A stretch of DNA of 64,000 bases, from the sequence record MH791411.1, one strand, 5' to 3'. Every line of letters starts with the position of its first letter. Positions within the stretch are counted from its first letter, which is position 1. Made by a program: the position numbers and the translations under genes. This document shows positions 25,392-34,768 of this stretch, in pieces. The notes below the pieces were generated by a model. It had not been told where the DNA came from. It made no database searches and saw nothing but the letters and a program-made list of their open reading frames with translations. Origin of the DNA: Escherichia phage Ecwhy_1.

Positions 25392-26359
25392 TTTGGGCTA
25401 TAACCACTTTTAATTTTAGAAATTACTTTCTTCTCGAAGAACTTACGTGCTTCTTCAATAGTTTTGAATTCTTCACCATCTGTAGTACTGGTTTTACCAA
25501 TAGCACCATACTCAATAATTACTTCACACACTGGAGCATTCAATTCAATATTATAGAATTTGTTCGAAGAACCGTGAACATATTCCAAATGTACATTATC
25601 AGGAATGTTCTGCACATAATCATAGTTCTTGAAGATAATATCAATCATATTTTCTTCACCGCGATCAGGAAATAGTTCAGTATTATTCAGTACTAAACGC
25701 TGTGCAGCACGGAACATATCAAAATATTGTTCACCTTTTTTCAGTTCTTTTGTATCAGAACAGAAATGACCATAGTATTCTACATAATCATTCCAAGGAT
25801 AAATTCCTTCATCAGCAGTTTCAAAAGCGTAAGTTTCATCTTGTGGAACTTTAAAACCACGAGTTTTTGGATGAGAAATTAAGCACAGTGAAATATTATG
25901 ACCGATATCTGAATCATCAGTAATACTACCACCAACCATATGAACAACATTTTTAATACGTTCAAAATCTACATCTTCAATTTCATGATACATTAAATGT
26001 TCTTCAATATTACTTACTAGTAATGAATTACCATTTCCTGCATCGAATTCAAAAATGAAAAGTTCTACACAATCTTCTTCTTTCATTTCAATAGTATCAC
26101 TGAGTTTAATATACTCATTTTTTACTTGTTCAATATTTTCATGAGAACCAAAACTATAACGAGAACTGATATAACTACTACCATCCAACCATCCCATATC
26201 CCAAGGTTCTTCTGACATGTATTCGGTGCTATAGAAATCAGTCAAATCATCTCTCTGAGTACAAACCGTAAGAGAACGAACATTATTAAGACCTTGAACT
26301 TCAAGATTCAGTACTGTAGTGTTGCCGATTTTTTGTTCAGAAATAATTTTAGTTTTCAT
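25388..26359 (-). CDS. WGR-domain protein
   Basis: C-terminal ~60 aa KFYNIELNAPVCEVIIEYGAIGKT...KIKSGY fits the WGR fold pattern (W-G-R replaced by Y-G-A); N-terminal 260 aa unassigned. Confidence 0.45.
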   Translation of the reverse strand: MKTKIISEQKIGNTTVLNLEVQGLNNVRSLTVCTQRDDLTDFYSTEYMSEEPWDMGWLDGSSYISSRYSFGSHENIEQVKNEYIKLSDTIEMKEEDCVELFIFEFDAGNGNSLLVSNIEEHLMYHEIEDVDFERIKNVVHMVGGSITDDSDIGHNISLCLISHPKTRGFKVPQDETYAFETADEGIYPWNDYVEYYGHFCSDTKELKKGEQYFDMFRAAQRLVLNNTELFPDRGEENMIDIIFKNYDYVQNIPDNVHLEYVHGSSNKFYNIELNAPVCEVIIEYGAIGKTSTTDGEEFKTIEEARKFFEKKVISKIKSGYSPK

Positions 26360-26490
26360 TTAAAATACCTATTGAAATGATTTACGCCATTTGACTAGTT
26401 TAACATTCATGTAAGTAAGGAACTCACGTTCCATCTCTTCTGGACTCATATTATCGCATTGCAAAGCGAACATGTCAAGTGCACATCATC

Positions 26491-27138
26491 CTACTTTTTT
26501 GATTTATGTAATGCAATTTGTACTCGCGTAATGAACTCACGCTCTACTTCATCTGAATTAACACCATCATATTGTGTTTTGAATAGTTCCATAGCTTTGA
26601 TAGCCATCTGAACTGAAAGATCAGCAATACTTTCAGTACTGGTACTTTCAAATACATTTTTGAGGCTTAGTTCACCATCATCAATACATTCTTTTGGTTT
26701 GTTGATTTCTGGTACTTGGATGTATCGCAATGCTTTGTATTCTGCTTTGGTCAGATTCCCAGTCCATCTTGGTTCATTGAACAAGTCATGCATTGTAATG
26801 CCAGCTTCACCCATTAGGTGTACTAACTCTTCATTTCGGCGAATATGCTTTTCTTCATCTTTGAAATTTTTGTAAGTGTAAGCACAACGCATGATAGCCA
26901 AACGTACTTCACCACTTTTAGTAATTGTATACGTATGAATTGCATTATCGTAGTCACTTTCCCATTGTTGACCCGCATATTCGTACCAAAGGTCATTTGT
27001 CTCCCAACGGAGCATTTTACCTTCTAGTAGCTCGTCAATCATTTTAGCCATGTTACCATGATATTCACAACTGGTAATATTAAATCCACCATTGTACTTT
27101 GCAAGGTACAGAATCTTTTCTTGTGATACATTTTTCAT
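26491..27138 (-). CDS. hypothetical protein
   Basis: Track ORF, 215 aa; its 3' end is duplicated as a degenerate fragment at 26360..26490. Confidence 0.5.
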   Translation of the reverse strand: MKNVSQEKILYLAKYNGGFNITSCEYHGNMAKMIDELLEGKMLRWETNDLWYEYAGQQWESDYDNAIHTYTITKSGEVRLAIMRCAYTYKNFKDEEKHIRRNEELVHLMGEAGITMHDLFNEPRWTGNLTKAEYKALRYIQVPEINKPKECIDDGELSLKNVFESTSTESIADLSVQMAIKAMELFKTQYDGVNSDEVEREFITRVQIALHKSKK

Positions 27139-27476
27139 TACATGTAATCCTTGATGTATTTTAGCAGTTTAGATTTCTCTTCGGTACTTAATGATTTCTT
27201 GTTCATCAAGTGTTTCATTTCTTGACGTTCAATTTCTTCACATCTTTTAGATTCAGCTTCAATTCGTGTATGGTATTCTTCGTCAGTTTCTTCTCTGGTC
27301 CAAATTACATTGTATCCATCGAAACCACCGTAACCACCGTCTGGTGAAAGACTAATGTATCCCTTGTACTCTGAACGGTACTTATTAAGAGTGTCAATAA
27401 AGGTATCAATGCCACACTGTTCAATTTCAATATAACCAATCACGACAGCAACTTCAATTTTGTTCATAAAGTTCAC
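27138..27476 (-). CDS. hypothetical protein
   Basis: Track ORF, 112 aa. Confidence 0.5.
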   Translation of the reverse strand: MNFMNKIEVAVVIGYIEIEQCGIDTFIDTLNKYRSEYKGYISLSPDGGYGGFDGYNVIWTREETDEEYHTRIEAESKRCEEIERQEMKHLMNKKSLSTEEKSKLLKYIKDYM

Positions 27477-27494
27477 CTATAAAAATAGGGAGCA

Positions 27495-28052
27495 TTAGCT
27501 CCCTTTGTATTGATGTTTACGTTTAGTACTGTATTTCCAGCCAGTACTGTGTCTTGTTCTGATATCATCCCAATACGATGGTAGTGAACGCATCTTACGT
27601 CTTCCACGTATATCCGGTTCCCCCTCATCCTTCAGTACTGCACAAGCCATACGACGCTCTTGTTGGGTCTTAGGACGTTTGTATCTGGAGTGGTTATGTT
27701 TGTACATATACGAACGCTTGTGTCGCCATTCAGTGTCACGAGCATTTCGTTTATGATCCCAGTACTCATTATAGAGTATCATGTATTCACCCATAAGTAA
27801 ATCAGGAGATACAAGTAATCCTTTTTCAGTACAAAGATAATAACCTACGAACTTTTCTGGATACATTTCGTAATAGAAACGGTTCTTCCAAAATGTTTCA
27901 CGATTCTTTTTGTTGAATTCAGCTAAATCGAATTTCATCTTACTGTGGAAACGGTCTATACCGTCATGTTCCGCAATGTACTCTAACAGATTATCAATAA
28001 TCTCAACTTTACCTGAATCATGGTACAACGTAAATGTTTGGTCAAAAAACAT
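27495..28052 (-). CDS. hypothetical protein with basic C-terminus
   Basis: Track ORF, 185 aa. Confidence 0.5.
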   Translation of the reverse strand: MFFDQTFTLYHDSGKVEIIDNLLEYIAEHDGIDRFHSKMKFDLAEFNKKNRETFWKNRFYYEMYPEKFVGYYLCTEKGLLVSPDLLMGEYMILYNEYWDHKRNARDTEWRHKRSYMYKHNHSRYKRPKTQQERRMACAVLKDEGEPDIRGRRKMRSLPSYWDDIRTRHSTGWKYSTKRKHQYKGS

Positions 28053-28146
28053 ATATTTCTCCTTTAAGTTAAACTAACCTAATGGAATGTCATTCTTCCT
28101 TTACTACATGTTCTCATGGTTTAATCCTTTTGTCAATATCTAGAAA

Positions 28147-28174
28147 GAAAAAATCCCTGCCAAAAGACAGGGAT
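28147..28174 (-). terminator. putative intrinsic terminator
   Basis: Stem TCCCTG/CAGGGA with 8-nt loop and T6 run on minus strand. Confidence 0.5.
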
Positions 28175-28268
28175 GAAAAACTGAAATAACACATGGAGTT
28201 CTTTTTAAATTAATAAAAAGTATTATTATTCTTATGAAAGTATTTATCATGAACTCCAGTTTATTGCT

Positions 28269-28466
28269 TCAAATGCCCCAATAACCTTTTTGTGCTACTA
28301 TCTCACGGTATTGAGCACGAGTTAGAACACCTTGTTTACGTAGAGCTTGAAGACCTGATAGGGTTTCTGCTTTACGTAGTTCGTAATTGCGTTGTTCTTT
28401 AGATTGAATAACTTTAACTTTCTTAACTTTTGCTACTGGTTCTTTTTTCTTAGGTTGCTTTGCCAT
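28269..28466 (-). CDS. small basic protein
   Basis: 65 aa, Lys-rich N-terminus; AAGGAG RBS and TATAAT-like box upstream on minus strand. Confidence 0.45.
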   Translation of the reverse strand: MAKQPKKKEPVAKVKKVKVIQSKEQRNYELRKAETLSGLQALRKQGVLTRAQYREIVAQKGYWGI

Positions 28467-28532
28467 GAGTATTTCTCCTTTGTTGTTAACAATATTATTA
28501 TATCATGTATGGGACGAATGTCCCATACATTA

Positions 28533-29972
28533 TTACATATTTTCTTCAGCAAATTCTGCCAGTGGTGAACGAACGACACCTTCTAGTTCGATTACACGAC
28601 AACCGTCCCAGTTCTTGAACTTCTCGGTAACATAAGTTAGACCGCTGTTAACTGGACTAATGAATTTAGAGTCAATCTGGCTCAAGTTGCCCATAATAAC
28701 CACTTTACAGTTCATTCCTGCACGAGTCAGGATTGTTTTAGCCTGAGCAGGAGTAATGTTCTGGAATTCATCCACTACTAGGATAGTGTTTGTGAAAGAA
28801 CGCCCACGAACGAAGTTTAGTGCTTTGAACTGGATAACATTACGTTTCATGATTTCTTCGATACTGCCTTGTGGGTTAGCATCATCTTTGTGTAGGAATT
28901 CCAACGCATCAATGGCAGCTCCACAGAATGGAATCACCTTCTCTGCCTCAGAACCTGGCAAGAAACCAATGTCTTCGAATTGGGAATCTTGTGTTTTGGA
29001 GAAGATGATACGGTCGTATTTTTTCTTCTCTAGTACTAGCTCCAGTGCAGTAGCAATGGTGATCAATGTTTTACCAGTACCTGCGGAACCCAACAGTACT
29101 GTTAGATGAACATCAGGATCTAGGATACTGTTGATTGCTAGTGCTTGTTGAATATTCTTAGCCTTAATATCCCACACTTTAGCACGTAGAGCAACAGATT
29201 GTCCAATATCTTGGAATACAAGAATATCTTCTGGTGTTAAAGTACCATCATCTTCTTCAATTGCAGATTGGCCTTCGTACACAAATAGAACATCAGCATT
29301 ATCATATAGGTAATCACCGATGCAAATATTTTGTGGCATGATATGTTCAATCAAGCTTTTTGGAATGTAGTGATACAAACGGCGACCAACTTGTTCAGAT
29401 TGGATAGACACATCAGTTAGATTGCTATACACATCCCAAAAATCTAGGTCGAGGTGATGTTGACCAATGTGAATCAAATCACTATCACCAATCACGATAT
29501 CATGACGATAATCTTGAACTTCCACCCCGTAGCTTAGAGCCTTGATACGCATATTGATATCACGGGTAACCAGTACTGAATCAGTTGCTAATGCTACTAA
29601 AATGATTTTATCATCTGGTACTGTGCTTTTTAGAAGAGTTTGAACTTTCTCTTCGTTACCAGAAGTACGAATTAGTGCTTCAGCTTCTTCGCTTGTAATA
29701 ACAAACAATTTGCTTTCAGGACTCATATTAGTATGAACATCAGCAATATTAACACCAGTACTACTAATTTCTTCATGTGATGCATCAGAAAGGATAGCTT
29801 CAATGTTACGGATTGCAACACGAGCATCACGGGAAACATCCACATTACGACTTTTGATTGAATCCAATTCTTCAAGTACTGTGAACGGTAGAATGATAGC
29901 TGCTCCATCAAAAGCAATGGTAGCATTTGGATCAGATAGTAGTACGTTTGTGTCAATTGTATATTTTTTCAT
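28533..29972 (-). CDS. phoH: PhoH-like ATPase with N-terminal PIN domain
   Basis: N-terminal PIN-like MKKYTIDTNVLL...EELD; Walker A LLGSAGTGKTLITIA; 479 aa. Confidence 0.85.
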   Translation of the reverse strand: MKKYTIDTNVLLSDPNATIAFDGAAIILPFTVLEELDSIKSRNVDVSRDARVAIRNIEAILSDASHEEISSTGVNIADVHTNMSPESKLFVITSEEAEALIRTSGNEEKVQTLLKSTVPDDKIILVALATDSVLVTRDINMRIKALSYGVEVQDYRHDIVIGDSDLIHIGQHHLDLDFWDVYSNLTDVSIQSEQVGRRLYHYIPKSLIEHIMPQNICIGDYLYDNADVLFVYEGQSAIEEDDGTLTPEDILVFQDIGQSVALRAKVWDIKAKNIQQALAINSILDPDVHLTVLLGSAGTGKTLITIATALELVLEKKKYDRIIFSKTQDSQFEDIGFLPGSEAEKVIPFCGAAIDALEFLHKDDANPQGSIEEIMKRNVIQFKALNFVRGRSFTNTILVVDEFQNITPAQAKTILTRAGMNCKVVIMGNLSQIDSKFISPVNSGLTYVTEKFKNWDGCRVIELEGVVRSPLAEFAEENM

Positions 29973-30033
29973 AAAACATCCTTGAGTTATGAGTACATCC
30001 TTGTACTCGACTAATGGTTAGTGACTCGGAATA

Positions 30034-30336
30034 TTACATGCTCGGTTCGTATTCAACATAACATCTTGAACCACGAGCCTTTTCCTCCCAGCATTCCTGG
30101 TAAACTAGTTGACCAATTGATACTGGATCTCTTGATAACCCATTACGAACTTCACCAGTACTGGTTTTATAAGTAAATGAGCATTTATTTTCATTACATT
30201 GACCTAATCCTGTTACAGTCGCTGTATTGTAATGAATATTATAACGTTTAGTGTTCTCATGATATGAACTGAACCACAGAACACCTATACCTAATAGCGT
30301 TGTGCAAATAAGACTCTTGATATGTGTTGAAATCAT
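30034..30336 (-). CDS. secreted or membrane-anchored small protein
   Basis: N-terminal hydrophobic segment LICTTLLGIGVLWF, four Cys, 100 aa. Confidence 0.45.
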   Translation of the reverse strand: MISTHIKSLICTTLLGIGVLWFSSYHENTKRYNIHYNTATVTGLGQCNENKCSFTYKTSTGEVRNGLSRDPVSIGQLVYQECWEEKARGSRCYVEYEPSM

Positions 30337-30653
30337 AGTGCATTAAATCCATTAGTTAAGTAAGTTTCAATATTAACTTTCCCTACTGGATTACTACTAT
30401 GTACATAGTATTTAAATGGTTCTTTAATATTATGCTCAAACATATAATCAATTAGAAATTTGGCAAAAGTGTATCCAGTTTTCTCATCTGTACTCAAGTC
30501 ACCCAAGTCATGGTCAAATGAGACAAATGCTGGAATTCCATTTTTGATTACGTATTCACATGCACTTTCGTAGTCACGACACAATACCATCTCTTGGTCA
30601 GGATAATATTTTTGATAATCACGAATATCATCCAAGAACATTGAGTACGACAT
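30333..30653 (-). CDS. hypothetical protein
   Basis: Track ORF, 106 aa; 4-nt overlaps on both sides place it in the Sir2-Nudix operon. Confidence 0.5.
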   Translation of the reverse strand: MSYSMFLDDIRDYQKYYPDQEMVLCRDYESACEYVIKNGIPAFVSFDHDLGDLSTDEKTGYTFAKFLIDYMFEHNIKEPFKYYVHSSNPVGKVNIETYLTNGFNAL

Positions 30654-30662
30654 TTTAAACTC

Positions 30663-31214
30663 CTATAGATAGCTGATTAGTAAGTTTTCTTTTTGTACAA
30701 GATACTCTAATTCTTGTTTCGCAGTTCCGATGAAGTTCTGTGTCATAAGATTATTATATCCTGCTTCTCGATTTTGTCCCTTCGAATAACGAGAGATGTG
30801 ACATAAATTTACACCAGCCACCTCTGCACTAGCATGTTTGCCATATGCATAATTATCACGAAGTTTTTTAAGTTCAGCATAAGTCATTTCATAACTATAG
30901 CTATGTGAGTGACCCTCTGGAAACAATTCAAGTGATTTTAATGGAGACAGGCGACTTTTGTCAATGATATAGTTCATTTCTTCTTGTACTTCACGTTGTA
31001 ACGCATCTTCTAATGACTTATCAGTACTTTCAACTGTTCCACCACATGCACCCAACAATCCATCCCAACGCACTTGTAGGAGTACTAAGTTAACCACTGG
31101 AATATCATTTAGTTCATAACCAGAGTATGGGGTACATTCTTTTGCATAAAAGAAACAGAATACAAAATTTGCACGTTTCCCCAGTTGTCCCAGTGGTACT
31201 TCAGCTTTACTCAT
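30663..31214 (-). CDS. Nudix hydrolase
   Basis: GGTVESTDKSLEDALQREVQEEMNYI approximates the Nudix box (MutT GGKIEMGETPEQAVVRELQEEVGI) with one inserted residue. Confidence 0.6.
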   Translation of the reverse strand: MSKAEVPLGQLGKRANFVFCFFYAKECTPYSGYELNDIPVVNLVLLQVRWDGLLGACGGTVESTDKSLEDALQREVQEEMNYIIDKSRLSPLKSLELFPEGHSHSYSYEMTYAELKKLRDNYAYGKHASAEVAGVNLCHISRYSKGQNREAGYNNLMTQNFIGTAKQELEYLVQKENLLISYL

Positions 31215-31963
31215 CGCATTCGTTCCTTAATTATAGTTTCAACCTGTGGAATTGCTTTCGTCGCAGGTTTGATGACCTTCTCATTAAAAAGAAAATCATT
31301 ATCATTTTTTCGGATGTTAACATTTACACTATAGCATGGAAGTGCACCAGCTAGTCTGGACCATACCAGTACTGTATCACTACTTCCAATAACTACAACT
31401 GTATCATTTTCTGTGAGACTTTTCAACACTTCATTTCGTTCTTCATAAATGGGGAGACGTACCCCATCAACGTAGCGATGATACTCACCAATCATCACTA
31501 CATTTGGTTTTGCAAAAACATCAGCTTTAGGGATATATGGTTCATAACCACAATTAATGACATTGTAATCATCAGTATTAATAGAAAAGTTCTCAATTAC
31601 TTCACATAAATTGCCGTGTAGTTTGAGTTCGGTTCCACCAATTCTAGTATATAGATCATCCATATTAGAAGTCATGTGTAAAAAACAATCACCATACAAA
31701 TCTTCTAATGATTTAATAAAGTAATGCATTTCATTAGGATGACATTCACCTAATTTTACACGCAATGTATTATAAAATGAATGAACTATATGATACTTAG
31801 AACTAAGTCGTGCAATGTTACAAACATCATTAATTTTGAAATTGTCCCACAACCCATCATCAAAGCGGAATGGTTCCATCCCGCTCTCAACTGAAAGACC
31901 TGCCCCTGAAATTATAAGTAATCTTTTGTTCCCAGCATTTTGTATAAATTTATCTGATATCAC
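31211..31963 (-). CDS. Sir2-family NAD-dependent deacylase / ADP-ribosyltransferase-like protein
   Basis: ISGAGLSVESGMEPFR (GAGIS.ESGIP.FR motif), TSNMDDL, LHGNL catalytic-His motif, PNVVMIGE, VVVIGSSDTV; Zn-binding Cys tetrad degenerate (two Cys only). Confidence 0.65.
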   Translation of the reverse strand: MISDKFIQNAGNKRLLIISGAGLSVESGMEPFRFDDGLWDNFKINDVCNIARLSSKYHIVHSFYNTLRVKLGECHPNEMHYFIKSLEDLYGDCFLHMTSNMDDLYTRIGGTELKLHGNLCEVIENFSINTDDYNVINCGYEPYIPKADVFAKPNVVMIGEYHRYVDGVRLPIYEERNEVLKSLTENDTVVVIGSSDTVLVWSRLAGALPCYSVNVNIRKNDNDFLFNEKVIKPATKAIPQVETIIKERMR

Positions 31964-31972
31964 ATTTACTCC

Positions 31973-32164
31973 TTATATAAAAAGTATCAAGTTTAATACT
32001 AAAAATACAATGATAGCAATATGATAGACATACATCCACTTATTGTGTCCATGTTTATTACCATTCCTGAATTCTCGGTATAAACATTTAGTATGATTGT
32101 ATAACACCACACAAATAAACACAACTATGAAACAAAAAATCCACTCGTAAACTATGTATGCCAT
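31973..32164 (-). CDS. small membrane protein
   Basis: 63 aa, two hydrophobic helices. Confidence 0.4.
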   Translation of the reverse strand: MAYIVYEWIFCFIVVFICVVLYNHTKCLYREFRNGNKHGHNKWMYVYHIAIIVFLVLNLILFI

Positions 32165-32195
32165 CAGATATACTCTCTCTTTATAATTATTATTC

Positions 32196-32789
32196 TCAGT
32201 ATTTCAAAATATCAAACTCTGGACTAACACTTGTTACATTATCACTGACAATTTTGAAAATAGACTCAACACGTTCATGTAACTGAACATTGGTTTCTTC
32301 TTGAACTTCAATATACGCTGACATGGATGCAATTGCATGATAAGTCCCACTTCCGACAGCAGTAATTTGTGTTTTAGGTTGCAGTACTGAAAAGTCTTCT
32401 TGAACTTCATAAATCGTATGATTATGAAGAATAATGAACTGACCACCACCAACGTCTTGTGATGCATCACGAGCACCCCATTCATCTTTAAACATTTGAC
32501 GAATGATAGGAATAACTTTCAGTACTAGATACTGTGAAAAGGTTTCCCCTGCAACTTGTTCTGGTAGAGTTAGGTTGTAATTCAACAACTGTCCCATGCG
32601 GAACGAGGTAGTATACCCCAACGCCATTACTTCTTTAGTGCGAGAAAGACCATCCTCATTGAGTTTAATGAACTCTTTCTCAAATACTTTAGGCTCAGTT
32701 TGAACTGCTTTAGTGAAACCATTGCTTCCTAATTTATCACCAGCGATGAAGGAAGATGTGCCATTTGTGTGAGCGATAATACAAGTCAT
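32196..32789 (-). CDS. HslV / proteasome beta-subunit-like Ntn hydrolase
   Basis: Start set to ATG at 32789 preceded by AAGGAG RBS with 7-nt spacer; product begins MTCIIAHTNGTSSFIAGDKLGSNG (HslV [25 protein letters not shown]) and has ITAVGSGTYHAIASMSAY (HslV IAIGSGGPYAQAAARAL). Confidence 0.55.
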   Translation of the reverse strand: MTCIIAHTNGTSSFIAGDKLGSNGFTKAVQTEPKVFEKEFIKLNEDGLSRTKEVMALGYTTSFRMGQLLNYNLTLPEQVAGETFSQYLVLKVIPIIRQMFKDEWGARDASQDVGGGQFIILHNHTIYEVQEDFSVLQPKTQITAVGSGTYHAIASMSAYIEVQEETNVQLHERVESIFKIVSDNVTSVSPEFDILKY

Positions 32790-33046
32790 GAAATAACTCC
32801 TTGTGCAAAAAGGGCCGTATACAACCAGTATATCAACAACCCTAGTGTAAGTAAACATGCTCCATAAGAAATTGATAGAACATAGTAAATTCCTGCTTCT
32901 AACTTGGATGAAAATTTGTGTGTACTGGAATCCATAAAACCACGTTTGTAGTCTTTATAGATGAAACATGTTAAAACTAATGTAATGCAATATACAATAG
33001 TTGTTGCATAAAAAACAAGAGATGTTAAGTTTTGTAAATTTGTCAT
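32786..33046 (-). CDS. small membrane protein
   Basis: 86 aa, two hydrophobic helices. Confidence 0.45.
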   Translation of the reverse strand: MTNLQNLTSLVFYATTIVYCITLVLTCFIYKDYKRGFMDSSTHKFSSKLEAGIYYVLSISYGACLLTLGLLIYWLYTALFAQGVIS

Positions 33047-33138
33047 AGTTTATACACTCCTAGTGTATGTGAACTTATAACAAAGGATGTACCACTTTAT
33101 CATCCTCTTATTATAATATTATTATTTTGTATCTAATA

Positions 33139-33747
33139 CTAATGAATGATACTACCTAATTCGAGCAACTGATCTGGTGTAAGTCTTACAACTTCATTAC
33201 CACGAACCTTACTAACCTCCACTAACAATTCTGGAGGAATACCATTCGCTGCATATAACGCAAATAGAACACCAACCTTAGTTGATAGCTGTTCAGCAAA
33301 AATAGTCATTTGGCGAACTGATATGTATGTGTCATCACTATTTCGTGCTTTACTTTCGATTGACACATTATGTAGACCTAGAATTGAGTCCTTCATCATG
33401 TATCTGTTTTCTATATTAGCACTAAAGAATGCGATAGTGCAAGAAGAATTACAATATCTTTCAACAATAATTGTTAAATTGTTATCATTGACAAAATTTC
33501 CTAGTGCCACTCCCGCATCAAAATCACCACCTGGTGACGTAATGATGATCGTGTCAAATGGGTGTGTTTCTCTAAAAACCATCAAACGGTTTACAGTATT
33601 TTCAGTTAAAGTTGAAATGAACTGAACTGTCTGTTTAGATTCATCATATCTAATGATACTTTTTCTTTCAACACCTGCACTTGCAGGAAAGTTAATTAAG
33701 AAAATAATAATAATAGATTGGATGATTTCTTTACATAATCGTACCAC
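33139..33747 (-). CDS. secreted ClpP/S49-family serine peptidase-like protein
   Basis: GTG start with AAGAGGG RBS; N-terminal signal-like segment; TSPGGDFDAGVALGNFV resembles the ClpP/SppA xSPGG motif. Confidence 0.5.
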   Translation of the reverse strand: MVRLCKEIIQSIIIIFLINFPASAGVERKSIIRYDESKQTVQFISTLTENTVNRLMVFRETHPFDTIIITSPGGDFDAGVALGNFVNDNNLTIIVERYCNSSCTIAFFSANIENRYMMKDSILGLHNVSIESKARNSDDTYISVRQMTIFAEQLSTKVGVLFALYAANGIPPELLVEVSKVRGNEVVRLTPDQLLELGSIIH

Positions 33748-33787
33748 TGGTTAACCCTCTTAGTTGATTGTTGATTACATAAATAAT

Positions 33788-33814
33788 ATTATAGGAAGAT
33801 TTAACTTAAGTCAA
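33788..33814 (-). promoter_or_regulatory. possible sigma70-type promoter
   Basis: On minus strand TTGACT, 15-nt spacer, TATAAT, about 40 nt upstream of the GTG start at 33747; spacer is short. Confidence 0.25.
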
Positions 33815-34000
33815 ATTGTTTTTTATATCACTTCACAAATTCCCTCGCAGAATCACCCCGCCTTTTTACCTTCTTTGGAATGATTATATCACACTAATGT
33901 ATAATGTCTATGCTTTTGTCAACAAATAACGTGGTAGTACTGAACTCGTTGTTGGTTCTAAGAGTTTTCCTGAAATTCAAACAAGTTGTGTACTAACAAA

Positions 34001-34030
34001 AGAAAAAGGAGCCTTATGGCTCCTTTTTTT
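34001..34030. terminator. putative bidirectional intrinsic terminator
   Basis: Stem GGAGCC/GGCTCC with TTAT loop flanked by an A-run on one side and T7 on the other. Confidence 0.5.
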
Positions 34031-34295
34031 ATTCTACCGTATTAAGTTTCTGACAAATCATGTCAGCTTCAACACGGTCTTTATAATAAATGGTAAAACC
34101 AAATTTACCAGTTACTTTATACTCTTTACAAGTTAAACAATTTACAATGTAGTACTTGTTGTTTTGTGCTGAAAATCGTACTTCATGATTACGCATCACT
34201 GGTGGAGTAGTATTATCATTTAATACCATCATCACTAAAAGTACAAGAATCACAACTGCAAATGGAATACCTAAAATCAAGAAAGTCAAAGTCAC
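34029..34295 (-). CDS. small membrane protein
   Basis: 88 aa; N-terminal TM helix LILGIPFAVVILVLLVMMVL. Confidence 0.45.
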   Translation of the reverse strand: MTLTFLILGIPFAVVILVLLVMMVLNDNTTPPVMRNHEVRFSAQNNKYYIVNCLTCKEYKVTGKFGFTIYYKDRVEADMICQKLNTVE

Positions 34296-34768
34296 AACCC
34301 CTTATCATAAATGCAATTTACAATAATCCCAGCATCTTCCAGTACTTTAATAGCTTCTGGTGGAGTGCGAGGATAACTTTTGTGATAAATCACACGAGCA
34401 ATACCACTTCCCGCGATCAACTTAGAACAAGTATAGCATGGTTGTAGCGTTGTGTAAAGTGTTGCTCCCTGACGTTCAGTAGGTGAACTGTATAACAATG
34501 CATTCATTTCAGCATGGATTTCATGGATATTACTCCATTCATGGTGTTCATGCTTTGCGTCATCGCTAACCCAGTCTTGGAAACGTCCACCATTAACTAA
34601 GTGCTCATTAGCGTCACAGCAGTTAGGTTGTTTAGATGGAGTGCCATTATAACCAGTACTCAATACTCGGTTATTTTTAACAATAACACAACCAACTTTC
34701 TGTGAAATGCATTTACTCTCTTCAGCCACGACTTCGGCTATCTTCAACCACGTCAAGTGTTTCATCAT
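34292..34768 (-). CDS. cd: dCMP deaminase
   Basis: HAEMNALLYS and TLQPCYTCSKLIAGSGI zinc-binding motifs; 158 aa. Confidence 0.8.
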   Translation of the reverse strand: MMKHLTWLKIAEVVAEESKCISQKVGCVIVKNNRVLSTGYNGTPSKQPNCCDANEHLVNGGRFQDWVSDDAKHEHHEWSNIHEIHAEMNALLYSSPTERQGATLYTTLQPCYTCSKLIAGSGIARVIYHKSYPRTPPEAIKVLEDAGIIVNCIYDKGL

